The notes below the pieces were generated by a model. That model worked only from the letters and a program-made list of their open reading frames with translations, had not been told where the DNA came from and ran no database searches. From an uncultured archaeon (lineage in GTDB: Archaea > Thermoproteota > Nitrososphaeria_A > Caldarchaeales > Wolframiiraptoraceae), in assembly GCA_938083505.1 (NCBI GenBank), contig CALKCF010000002.1, positions 128,001-192,000 of the forward strand: a DNA stretch of 64,000 bases. Direction: 5' to 3'. A program made the position numbers and the translations under genes. Below, in pieces: positions 19,024 to 29,313 of the stretch; position 1 is the stretch's first letter; each line of letters starts with the position of its first letter.

Positions 19024-20871
19024 ATGGTGTTGGGTTACAACAAGCTTCTGTATTTAGACTTGAACTCGGGTAAAGTTGAGGAGAAGGATGTTGACGAGGA
19101 GCTGGCATATGGTTTCATAGGTGGCCGTGGATGGGCAGCTTACATTGTGTTTAAGGAGCTTGATAACATAATTGACGGTCTTCATCCTTCTAACGTGCTT
19201 GTTGTTGCAACCGGACCGTTAACCGCCATACCATTTCAAAGTGGTGGAAAGGCAACGTTCGCAAGTATAAGCCCACAGACTGGCATATACGGCGATAGCA
19301 ACGTAGGCGGCTTCTTTGGTTATAGGATGAGGAGGGCTGGAGTAGATGCATTAGTGATTAAAGGCGCATCTCCACACCCCGTCTACTTACTTGTGGCCGA
19401 TGGCAAGGTAGAGATTCATGATGCGGAGAAGCTTTGGGGCCTTAACTCGCAGGAGACCGATGTAAAGTTAGTGAATGAATACGGTGATTGTTCCGTCGCC
19501 TCAATAGGCACAGCTGGCGAGAAGTTGGTGAAGTTCGCTTGTATTAACGTAGACTGGTCGAGGAAAAGAATGCGGCATGCTCAAGCAGGAAGGACAGGGG
19601 TAGGCGCTGTCATGGGTTCGAAGAGGTTGAAGGCGATAGTTGCGATGGGTGACAAAGAGGTTAAGGTTGCAGATGAAGAGAGGTTGAGGGAGGCTGCAAA
19701 GAAGCTTCAGAAAATGGTGATGGAGAGTCCAAATTACGAAGCCTGGAGAAAGTATGGAACACTGGCTACGATCGAATGGTCGAACAAGGCAGAATGTCTG
19801 CCGACGTATAATTTCCAAAAAACGGTTTTTGAGTACGCGGATAATATAGGCGGCGACGCCATGGATAGGGTGAGAGTATCTACGAGGAGTTGCTCCAACT
19901 GCATAATTCCATGCGAGCATGTTGTTCCGTTTAAGTTGAACGGAAAAGGTGAAGTTGGCATCGAATATGAGACGGCAGCAATGTTGGGTTCAAACCTCGG
20001 GCTGAAGAGTATTGAAGAAGTTGCAAAAGCAAACTACCTGTGCGATTATTACGGACTGGACACTATCAGCACAGGCTCGGTGCTTGCATTCGTCATAGAG
20101 TGCTACAAGAGGGGGTTGATCACGGAGAAGGAGTTAGGCCTTGTGCCGGATTGGGGCGATATAAATGCCATATGCAAGATGATAATAATGATCGCAAATA
20201 GGGAGGGCTTTGGTGATGTAATGGCAGAAGGCGTAAAGGCTCTAGCTGAGCGTATAGGCAAGGGCTCGGAAACTTTCGCCATGCACGTGAAGGGTTTAGA
20301 GATCAGTGCTTATGATCACAGAGCCGCGACCGCCATGGCCCTAAGTTACGCAACTTGTGACATAGGTGCGCATCATAACAGGTCTTGGGCGATAACCTAT
20401 GACCTCGAGGTTGGTAGGGACAAGTACACAGAGGACAAGGTCAAGAAAGTCATCTACCTTCAGCACATAAGACCGTTATTTGACATTTTAGGAGTTTGTA
20501 GGTTTTACTGGGTGGAGCTTGGTATCGACCCTAATGTTTATGCGGATGCGTACTCTGCAGTTACCGGAAAGGAATTTACACTAGACGACCTCTTGTTTAG
20601 GTCGGAAAGGGTTTGGAATTTAACTAGGGCCATTGCAGTCATTCGCAAAGGTATAAGCATGAAGGACGACTTATTGCCGGAAAGGGACTTCTCGGATCCC
20701 GTTCCAGAAGGGCGTACGAAGGGTGCAAAGCTGGATAAGGGTAAGTTCATAGAGATGCTGAAGATGTATTACACTCTCAGGGGCTGGGATGAACTCGGCA
20801 GACCGACCTATGAGAAACTCATGAAGATCGGTTTGGAAGAAGTTGCCAAAAAGCTTTACGGAAAATCTTAA
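19024..20871 (+). CDS. Tungsten aldehyde:ferredoxin oxidoreductase family (FOR-like)
   Basis: GRTGVGAVMGSKRLKAI, CSNCIIPC, EYET, DYYGLDTIS, DIGAHH, CRFYWVELG. Confidence 0.92.
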   Translation: MVLGYNKLLYLDLNSGKVEEKDVDEELAYGFIGGRGWAAYIVFKELDNIIDGLHPSNVLVVATGPLTAIPFQSGGKATFASISPQTGIYGDSNVGGFFGYRMRRAGVDALVIKGASPHPVYLLVADGKVEIHDAEKLWGLNSQETDVKLVNEYGDCSVASIGTAGEKLVKFACINVDWSRKRMRHAQAGRTGVGAVMGSKRLKAIVAMGDKEVKVADEERLREAAKKLQKMVMESPNYEAWRKYGTLATIEWSNKAECLPTYNFQKTVFEYADNIGGDAMDRVRVSTRSCSNCIIPCEHVVPFKLNGKGEVGIEYETAAMLGSNLGLKSIEEVAKANYLCDYYGLDTISTGSVLAFVIECYKRGLITEKELGLVPDWGDINAICKMIIMIANREGFGDVMAEGVKALAERIGKGSETFAMHVKGLEISAYDHRAATAMALSYATCDIGAHHNRSWAITYDLEVGRDKYTEDKVKKVIYLQHIRPLFDILGVCRFYWVELGIDPNVYADAYSAVTGKEFTLDDLLFRSERVWNLTRAIAVIRKGISMKDDLLPERDFSDPVPEGRTKGAKLDKGKFIEMLKMYYTLRGWDELGRPTYEKLMKIGLEEVAKKLYGKS

Positions 20872-20971
20872 AACAGAGGAAAGTCTTTTACGAATGCTAG
20901 TAAGCACATCCTTAAATTCATGTCAACGTACAATAACTATTTGTGCCAACGTTGATGCTGAGGGGAAGAGT

Positions 20972-21361
20972 ATGAGTAAACCGACTGATATGGGCTCTCT
21001 GAAAGTCGGACACAACGTCATAATAGATGGTGAACCTTGTAGGATAGTCGAACTGGAGAAGAGTAAGCCGGGTAAGCACGGTTCGGCTAAAGTCAGACTG
21101 GTCGCCATTGGGATCTTTGATGGTGTTAAAAGGAGCATAGTAGGACCTGCAGATAGCAAAGTTGAGGTTCCAATAATAGAAAAGAGGTCCGGTCAAGTTG
21201 TGTCGATAGGCGACGTGGTCAGCGTCATGGACTCCGAAAGTCTCCAAATAGTCGAGGTGCCGCTACCGCAAGACGAGTCTTTGAGGAACAAGATAGAGCC
21301 AGGCGTTACTGTCGAGTACTGGACAATCATGAACAGACACTTATTAGTGGGTGTTAAGTAG
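20972..21361 (+). CDS. eif5a: Translation factor aIF5A
   Basis: Hypusine loop SKPGKHGSAK; real start MSKPTD at 20972. Confidence 0.95.
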   Translation: MSKPTDMGSLKVGHNVIIDGEPCRIVELEKSKPGKHGSAKVRLVAIGIFDGVKRSIVGPADSKVEVPIIEKRSGQVVSIGDVVSVMDSESLQIVEVPLPQDESLRNKIEPGVTVEYWTIMNRHLLVGVK

Positions 21362-22237
21362 CCCGTTTAATAATCTTATATAGCCCTGGCCCTATCACTT
21401 ATGCCTGGAATTATTCAGGTAATTTAACTGACTATATCCAATTAGAGCATTAGTCGCCTATAACTCACAGAAGCAACGTGTAGAAGAACATAAAGAGGGG
21501 CAGAGAGTTCGTCGAAACGTTAGAGTGGCAACTCCACAGTATACAAGACGCTGAGACAACTCATGAAAAAGATGATTGAAAGACCCACATAGAAAAGATG
21601 GACGAGAAGGTTAGGAAGGTAGCAAATATATAGATGAAACCTATTGATAGGATGCATGACCTTTACTAAACTAACTACAGGCTGGAGTTAAAAAATTAAT
21701 ATGTAGCTCCATATGCATTACAGCATAATGCCTACTATGCAAAGATACTGGATTGTTGTGAGGTACCTCAAAATTGGTAGATCGTCTTAGCTTTTGGGAG
21801 GGCCTAGTAGAAAAGTTAACAATAGTCAGAAAGTGAGAGAAAATCCAATATTATGAGACCAGTGGAAGGTGCAGTTAGATATGACATCATACGTACAAAG
21901 TTTAAGCGGACAAGCCGCTTTGACCTAAGGAAGTTAAGGAGAATAGAGTTATCTGGCCTTACAGATAAGCATCCTCCTGTGAAATTCCGTCATCTTTAAG
22001 GTCCATTCTTTTGCCAGCTCGATTGCATAGCCCTGTAGCTTCCTATTTATTCCATGCTTTTCCCATTCCCTTCTCTTCTCCTCTATTTTTCTCCCTGAAC
22101 TCCTCGTCCAGCTGTTCGGTGCTGAACACCTGGGTTTTGACACCCCTGGACTCAAGGAATCTGCGCACCAGGGGTCTTTTTGACAGAGCCCTCAGTACCG
22201 GGTACTCTTCAGAACCATTATTATAATCTTCTGAGGA

Positions 22238-23303
22238 ATGTTTGTGCTGAGCGATCGCGTTATAGCCAGTATTAGTAATTTTCTTCCGGGCTTCAGAAAA
22301 TATTTAGCGACGGATGAGTGTAAGGAGTTTCTGAAGGAGAGGAGGGAAAGAGAACATGAGTTCAGGAATCTGCTGGGCAAGGACACTATCGAGCAACTTT
22401 CAGAGCCAGACTTCAAGCGTATAATTTCTTCGCTATGGGCTTATAAGATATGGACTAAAAAAGATTACGTTGTCGATATGGTCTTGAAAAGTATCGACTT
22501 CAACACTCTGAGATCGGAGCTTAAGAACCTGCTTTATGGTGATATCCCTCTGGCTAAACGCTATGATAGGTTTTTCGAGGCCGTCAGGGGTATTGGTCCC
22601 TGCAGGCGTTACGGAGATCCTCGCTTTCGTTGACCCATCACAGTATGGTATCTGGAATGATAAGAGTAGAAAAGCCCTCGATATTCTGGGACTGGGAGAG
22701 ATGGTGCCAACCAAAAAGTATAAGATAAGCGGCTCGGAATATGAGAAATTCCTTGAAGCATTGAAATACATCTCCAAGATCGTTGAGCCAAATAAAACAG
22801 AGACAGACTTACTTTACGTGCACCTATTTCTGTACTTCATAACCACTAAAAATGTGGGAGAGTATGGAGTCGCTACTGAAGAAGATTATTATTTTGACCA
22901 TGATGAGATTGTTGAGAAGCTTGTTGAGTTAGGTAGCGGGCTGGGCTTCGAAGCCAGCAGTGAGGTACCGATAGCCAGAGGAGCCAGAGTGGACGTTCTC
23001 TGGCAGGCTAAAATAGCTAACCTCGGGGTCGTTAGTTATGTCTTCGAAGTTCAAAGAGGTGGGAGTATAGATTCTCTCATACTTAACCTACAAAAGGCCA
23101 AAAATAATCCCACAGTCCAGAAACTTATTGTGGTGGCCAACGCAAAGGACTTGAGGAAAGTGAGGGACGAAGTTGAGTCTCTGGGTGAAGAGTTTAGGAA
23201 ATCGATAGTGTACATTGAGGTTAAAGATGTGTTAAGAACCTCAGAGCTACTGGGCGAGCTAAACATGATAATAAGCAAGCTCGAATTGGTGAAAAGTTTC
23301 TAG
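22238..23303 (+). pseudogene. Frameshifted putative restriction-type nuclease (helical N-terminus + PD-(D/E)xK-like C-terminus)
   Basis: Two ORFs join as GIGP/AGVTEIL via one extra base at ~22598-22601; C-terminal RVDVLW...YVFEVQRGG. Confidence 0.6.
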
Positions 23304-23439
23304 AACAACATTGCATTTTAAAAAGAGCAAAGGAAAAAAGAAGATTAACGATTTGCAGGCCTATATTTTCTTAACTCGACCTGAACCTCTAAAATTTTAT
23401 ATAATTTTTACAGACAAGGTACATCGGTGGGTTTTATTG

Positions 23440-25041
23440 ATGGATAAGAAGGATTTGTTAAACCTGCTGATGCTGATAGCCGCATCATATGCTTTGACGT
23501 TTCTAATACCTCCAATGGACTTTCCGCTGTCTGATGACTATGTATACTACAGCGAAGTTAAGACATTCCTTAAAAATGGTGAGATAAAGATGTATCCATC
23601 CACGATGGCAACGTCTGTTGTTCAAATAATCGTAGGCAGTGCATCATCATCTATACTTGGTCTAACTCATAGAACGTTGATGTTAACGACAATGCTCATA
23701 AGCATCGTTCCAATAATCTTCACGTACCTTTGGTTAAGATTATGGGCTGATAGGTTTGCATCTTTCCTTGGATCCATTGTTATGCTTTTAAATCCTGTGT
23801 ACTATTATCATAGTCACACATTCATGACGGATGTGTATTCTATGTCATTCATGGTGCCGTCGCTCTATTTCCTTTATACTGGTATTGTTAAGGGAAGCGA
23901 TAGACGCATGGTGATCGGGGTTATAGTGTCCTTGCTAGGCTTTTGGGTCAGACAGTATGCCATACTCACAGTTGGCGGCCCGATACTATTCTATGTTTAT
24001 AGATTGTTGAAGTATAAGAAAAACGATTTTACTCTTAGGCGCATCTTTATTCTGGTGACGATCCCGGTAATTAACGTCTTAATATGGTGGGTGTTATTCC
24101 CGACACTTCATGACTTGGAACATGCATGTGTGTACGTCATCGGCATAGGTGGATGGGTTCCTAAGAATTTGCTTCAGTTCATACTTTTCTCAGGCTTTTT
24201 TGTCTTCCCAATGGGGTTTGTGTATTTATTAGGCGTAAAAAGGCTTGTAGAGGAATTTAATGGTTTGAACAAGTACTTCAAAATCCTTTTGGTTATGCTT
24301 TTTGTTACACTAATTGTATTTATGGTTTTAAGGACCCTCTACGGTCTCGGGAACAAATTTGTTCCAGCTATGCCCTTTGAGTATGCGACCGCAAACCCTA
24401 GAAGTGTTGGACCGGTACCCATATCGGGTTACAAGGATTATTTGTTTCCGTTGGAGCTCTGGTGGACTATCTCTGCGCTTTCTGTCGTGACTGCCTTCGG
24501 GACGCTTGTAGCTGGACTAAAAAGGCTTAATGAGGGGAGGTTTATACTGCTGTTTGCATTCATAGTGTCCTCAATGGTTCCCCAGACTTTTTACGGAAAC
24601 TTCTTTGATAGATACTACATGTTAATGATTCCGTTGATGTTTCCAGTAATCTTTAGTTTTGTTCAGAATCGACGAATTCTAATACTGTGTCTTACTGTTA
24701 CGGCCTTCATCATAGGCCTATGGTCGTATTACGGTGTGCATGATCACTTCTCGTGGAACTCTGCAAGGTGGGAAGGCATTAACTATCTTCTGAGCAACGG
24801 GGTTTCTGAACAAGAGATAGATGGCGGATTGGAGTACAATTCAAGGTTCTTCCAAGGATGCCAAAACATAAACGTAACGCCCGTGAGATGGTACGGATGG
24901 GGATACAGTATAAGCGATAGCTACATAATTTCCTTGAACAGCATATTGGATGGTTACGAGGTACTTAAGGAGATACCTTATTATAACGTCTTTGGCACCG
25001 AAGTCGGAAAGATTTATGTCTTAAAGAAGTCTGTTTCTTAA
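23440..25041 (+). CDS. GT-C fold membrane glycosyltransferase (PMT/ArnT-like)
   Basis: Many TM helices, PLSDDYVY, TFMTDV, VRQY, FDRYY, IDGGLEYN. Confidence 0.8.
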   Translation: MDKKDLLNLLMLIAASYALTFLIPPMDFPLSDDYVYYSEVKTFLKNGEIKMYPSTMATSVVQIIVGSASSSILGLTHRTLMLTTMLISIVPIIFTYLWLRLWADRFASFLGSIVMLLNPVYYYHSHTFMTDVYSMSFMVPSLYFLYTGIVKGSDRRMVIGVIVSLLGFWVRQYAILTVGGPILFYVYRLLKYKKNDFTLRRIFILVTIPVINVLIWWVLFPTLHDLEHACVYVIGIGGWVPKNLLQFILFSGFFVFPMGFVYLLGVKRLVEEFNGLNKYFKILLVMLFVTLIVFMVLRTLYGLGNKFVPAMPFEYATANPRSVGPVPISGYKDYLFPLELWWTISALSVVTAFGTLVAGLKRLNEGRFILLFAFIVSSMVPQTFYGNFFDRYYMLMIPLMFPVIFSFVQNRRILILCLTVTAFIIGLWSYYGVHDHFSWNSARWEGINYLLSNGVSEQEIDGGLEYNSRFFQGCQNINVTPVRWYGWGYSISDSYIISLNSILDGYEVLKEIPYYNVFGTEVGKIYVLKKSVS

Positions 25042-25309
25042 CCTTCAGAACGTTATGTACGATAGCTATTATAAAGGCCGTGTAAGGTGTGAGTTACGCT
25101 CCTCAACACGATGCCGGAACTCCTGATGCATCTTTTTTACTTTTGGTTACGTTCCAATGGACTCGCCACAGAGCGGTTCATGTTCGTTGTTAAAAATGCT
25201 TTGATGCTGTTGGCGTACCTATACTTAAAATCTCCGTTTTCTAAGGTTTCATCATGAAAAGTTTCTGGGCATCACTTTATATGCTTTACCTCTTTGATTA
25301 TCCTTCGAG

Positions 25310-25735
25310 ACATACCACCGGAGTACGTTTCGACCCTTTTGTCCTTGAACGGTGTCAAGCTCTACAAGCTCAAGTAGCTCAATGGCTCGCCTTTTAGCAA
25401 CATCTTTAGATATACCATAAAGGTCTGCGCATAACATTATGTTCTCATGGCCGGTCAGGTCTTCGTCTGCTGTGCACTCTTGCGGCATGACACCTATGAC
25501 TCTTCTGACTATACTCACCTGCCTGATGATATCGTAGCCGAGTATTGAAGCTCTACTCTCCGTTGGCTTCAAAACAGTTATCAACATATTCATGGTAGTC
25601 GTTTTACCTGACCGTTAGTCCAAGAAAGTCGAAGATTTCTCCTTCTTCCACGCTAAAGCTCATGTAGTCTACGGCCACGAAACCTTTGTTAAAGACCTTT
25701 GTCAACCCTTCGACCTCTATAACCTTTTGACTATT
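25310..25735 (-). pseudogene. 5' part of DrrA-like ABC ATPase, frameshifted and truncated
   Basis: VIEVEGLTKVF, broken Walker A (FLGL/NG/GKTTT), IGVMPQE, ends after YSGGM. Confidence 0.8.
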
Positions 25736-25737
25736 CT

Positions 25738-25985
25738 TACACCCTCCCCCTTAACTTCTTATCTATTTCATCTAACTTCTGGGCAGCACCATTCAAAACG
25801 TCTAGCGCCTCTTTCATAGCTGACTCTGAGAATTTCTCCTCCAAACTCATGCGAAGGTTGAATATAGCCCTGAAGAACCTCTAGTGGTAAGTGTGTAATA
25901 CTTTATTCCGCTTTCCTGTGCAGGTACCTCTTCGATGTACCTGTTGTCCTGCAGCCATGCAAGCAGAGGATAGAGCGATCAGGGT
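25738..25985 (-). pseudogene. 3' remnant of PadR-family regulator
   Basis: P*SLYPLLAWLQDNRYIEE...KYYTLTTRG (PGSLYP motif with TGA). Confidence 0.7.
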
Positions 25986-26133
25986 TACACAGTAACCGAA
26001 GCTATCGCTCACAAAACCTACGTTGAACAAGGTTTATCTGGAATATACTGGAAGATCTATGCGGGATGTTGAAGAATCTAGGGAAGCATTCATATCGCAT
26101 AGGATAGCTTTGAGGAGGGCTAGGTCAAGATGA
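25986..26133 (+). pseudogene. 3' end of a DrrA-like ABC ATPase
   Basis: KLSLTKPTLNKVYLEYTGRSMRD; stop overlaps permease ATG. Confidence 0.7.
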
Positions 26134-27050
26134 GCGAGTACCATCCTAGTGTGCTTCGTAGGTTATTGGCACTAACCATCCGTGAGCTGAAGAAGTGGAT
26201 AAAGGAGCCCATAATACTTTTTGTGTCCATACTGCAACCGGTAATATGGATGGTGCTTCTCGGAAAGGCAAGGCCATGAACCTCAACGCGATTTTTTCGA
26301 TGGATAGCTTGAGCAACATAAACATACCTGACATAAAAATACCTGAGTACGGCATAGTCATTCCGGATTCGCTGATCAGGCAAAAGATGTTGGAGACGTT
26401 TGATAATGTAGGCACTAATATAATGCAAAACGTTTTCGGAGTTACAGATTACTTCAGCTACATGTCCGTGGGCATGATATCCATGATAGTCATGTTTACA
26501 ATAATGTTCAGCGGTATGTCGATAGTTTAGGATAGACGCCTAGGTTTTTGGATAAAGTCTTAAGCACACCTGTTCCGAGGTCGGCAATAATCTTTTCAAA
26601 AGTCCTTAATGCTGCTCTGAGGTTAATATTCCAAGCAACAATAATATTAGCGCTGGCAATAATCTTTGGTCTGAAAATTAGCGCGACGTTCAGTTCGCTG
26701 AACCTTATGGGAATCTACGCGTCTATATTCCTTCTATCTGTGGAGGCTTTCTTCGTTGTTTTTGGCATTAGCGTTGAGATCGACGCGTCATGAGATGCGA
26801 TGGCAGTCGTGAACCTGATAAGCATGCCACTAATGTTCGCGAGCAACGTATTTTTTTCTATATCCATGATGCCTAAGTGGTTGCAGAGCATAGCAAACGT
26901 GAACCCCGTTAGCTACCTGACAGATGCGATAGAACAACTAACGGTATTGCCGCTCAACACATCAGCACTAGTTATGGATTTCGTGTATTTAGGTATGTTC
27001 GCGGCAGCATTATCTGCGAAACGCTTTCGTGGAAATACTTAACGAAGTAA
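26130..27050 (+). pseudogene. DrrB/ABC-2 permease, multiple stops/frameshifts
   Basis: ALTIRELKKW..EP, GMSIV*DRRLG, LSTPVPRS, PLMFASN, MPKWLQ..NPVSY. Confidence 0.85.
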
Positions 27051-27053
27051 CGA

Positions 27054-27731
27054 CTACACCTTACTCACGTAATCTAGGCTGAGTATTTCGTAAACGCCTC
27101 CACTGCCGAACCACTTCTTGATCGCTTCCTTCACCCTAAGCTTTTTCTTAAATAGCGGACAGTCTAGGACAAAGGTTTCGCCCTCACCACCTTCGAAGCA
27201 TATGTTTATTCCAAATCTTTCGCTTAATCGACATAGCTCCTCTATAGCAGCCAGGTCTAACTTCCTACCTAGCCAACTTTTATCAAGACCCTCGGCTGAG
27301 ACAGACGTCACTATAATCTCAAAACCTAAAGCACATTGTTCTCGAAGTAGCCTTTCTGGTTCCATTCCCCAGAGCGGCATGATGCACTTAAGACCAAGTT
27401 CGTTGCAAATCTTCTCGATTCTACTTTTTTGGTAACGGCTTGCGATAACACCCGAAACCAGACCATCTATACCACTCAATCCCTCAAGCGCATTCTTCAG
27501 GTCCTCTACCTCTTCCTCCTTGATTCCCATACTAGGCACCATTACTTGTTTTATACCAACAACATCTGCCTGGTGTCGTGTCATCTCGACGTTTATCCTG
27601 TGAAACATCCAAGAATCCGGATTGTGCGTTATGACAGTCACCAAATATTCTACGGAGTTACCTTCGAGTAGTGTCTTATATATAGCATATGTGCTGTCCT
27701 TTCCTCCGCTAAAAAGGGCTGCAACCCTCAA
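27054..27731 (-). CDS. Diphthamide synthase (Dph6)-family ATP pyrophosphatase
   Basis: LFSGGKDS, SWMFH, YQKSRIE, EGGEGETFVLDCPLF. Confidence 0.9.
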   Translation of the reverse strand: MRVAALFSGGKDSTYAIYKTLLEGNSVEYLVTVITHNPDSWMFHRINVEMTRHQADVVGIKQVMVPSMGIKEEEVEDLKNALEGLSGIDGLVSGVIASRYQKSRIEKICNELGLKCIMPLWGMEPERLLREQCALGFEIIVTSVSAEGLDKSWLGRKLDLAAIEELCRLSERFGINICFEGGEGETFVLDCPLFKKKLRVKEAIKKWFGSGGVYEILSLDYVSKV

Positions 27732-27868
27732 AGCCTATTTTTCTCCATTCGACTAAGCAGATTTCAGGAATATTAACCTATACTTACCGGCGATATTCTC
27801 CAAAATTATGTCATTTTCAGTTACCTCTATAATTTAATTCTAGGCACTTCTTTCCATATGATGAGGAA

Positions 27869-29044
27869 TTGATGAGGATATTCAAGGATGAGGGGAAGCT
27901 GTCGCTGGAATACGTTCCGCCTGTCCTTCCGCATAGGGAAGGAGAATTACGCCTTCTAAAAGCCTTCTTCAGCGGTCTCCTAAAATCCAAACAATGTATC
28001 TCAGTTAAGACCATAATATCTGGCTCCGCAGGTACGGGTAAAACCGCCATAGCGAAGCTTTTTGGCAGACAGATGGAGGCCGAAGCTAAGAGCAAACAAA
28101 TGAACCTCAGATACATTCACGTAAACTGTCGTGTGAACAGAACACTCTTCATGATACTTAAGAGAGTTGTGGAGCATCTAAAGATACCACTACCTTCAAG
28201 GGGATATTCAACTGAGGAGCTGATGCATGGTTTCCTAGACTATCTTGCAGAGAGCGATCTCTACATTATTCTAGCACTTGACGATTTAGAGGTTCTGATA
28301 AAGGAGGAAGGATTAGACCCGTTCTACTTTTTAATGAAGGTTGGTGAAGATAGGGACGATAGGATGTCCAGACTTTCTTTCCTATTCATAGTAAGGAATC
28401 CAGAGATATTGAACATATTGGAGAGTGGTGTAAGGGTCGGAATGCTTAATAATATGGTGCACCTTTCAGAGTATAACGCTATTCAACTTTACGATATACT
28501 GAGCTATAGGGCCTCTGAAGCCTTCTTCGATAACGTCATCTTAGAAGAATCAATAAGGTTAATAGCAGATCTGGCCAGTGAAAGGGGCGATGCTAGGTAT
28601 GCCATCGAGACCCTTTGGAGGAGTGGGAAGTACGCCGAGGCCGAGGGGAGCAATGTCGTAACACCCGAACATGTAAGAAAAGCCGCGGCCAGCATATACC
28701 CTGCTATAAAGAAGGAAAACTTGACGTACCTTTCATTACATGAAAAGTTAATACTCTTAGCCATAACTAGGGCCCTAGCCTCGAACGATAAGGCATACAC
28801 CACCTCTTCCGAGCTGAACGAACTCTACAGGCTTGTGTGTGAAGAATATAAGGTCCAGCCTAAGGCATACACACGCTTCTGGGAATACCTCCAAAAGCTC
28901 GAGGATCAAGGCATAATAAGGATAAAGGTGTCCAGCGAAGGGGTAAGGGGGCGCAGGTCGTACATAACATTGCCTGAGATACCAGTTTCAATACTTCAAC
29001 ATGAGCTAACAAGGTTGCTAGAGAGCGGGAGCAGAGAGCTTTGA
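27869..29044 (+). CDS. cdc6: Orc1/Cdc6 replication initiator
   Basis: YVPPVLPHRE, GSAGTGKT, GDARYAI, C-terminal wHTH. Confidence 0.93.
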   Translation: MMRIFKDEGKLSLEYVPPVLPHREGELRLLKAFFSGLLKSKQCISVKTIISGSAGTGKTAIAKLFGRQMEAEAKSKQMNLRYIHVNCRVNRTLFMILKRVVEHLKIPLPSRGYSTEELMHGFLDYLAESDLYIILALDDLEVLIKEEGLDPFYFLMKVGEDRDDRMSRLSFLFIVRNPEILNILESGVRVGMLNNMVHLSEYNAIQLYDILSYRASEAFFDNVILEESIRLIADLASERGDARYAIETLWRSGKYAEAEGSNVVTPEHVRKAAASIYPAIKKENLTYLSLHEKLILLAITRALASNDKAYTTSSELNELYRLVCEEYKVQPKAYTRFWEYLQKLEDQGIIRIKVSSEGVRGRRSYITLPEIPVSILQHELTRLLESGSREL

Positions 29045-29313
29045 GTAGTTGCGTGAAAAGATTGACGATCATCTCAAAAGGAAGGAGGAAGGTGTTGGAG
29101 GTTCTGGCGAAGTTTGGTGAGGTGAATATATCGAAGATAATAAGGCACACATCGCTTAACCATAAAGTTGTGAATGCCTACCTGAAAGAGATGGAATCGT
29201 TAGGTTTAGTGAAGGAAAGGAAGTTCGGTAGGGTTAGGATGTTCAGGCTTTCTGATCCCAGGATAATCACGCAGATTTTCCAGAACGCTTTCGAGCCGAA
29301 GACGTTCTCTTAG
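29041..29313 (+). CDS. Small winged-helix DNA-binding protein
   Basis: EVNISKII..LNH..L..GLVKERKFGRVRMF; coupled to cdc6. Confidence 0.75.
   Translation: MSSCVKRLTIISKGRRKVLEVLAKFGEVNISKIIRHTSLNHKVVNAYLKEMESLGLVKERKFGRVRMFRLSDPRIITQIFQNAFEPKTFS

Noticed and set aside
20843-20971. N-terminal extension of aIF5A
   Set aside because: Overlaps the AOR stop and promoter region; conserved protein starts at 20972
27732-27868. Replication origin next to cdc6
   Set aside because: Gap is short and I could not find repeated ORB-like elements or G-strings
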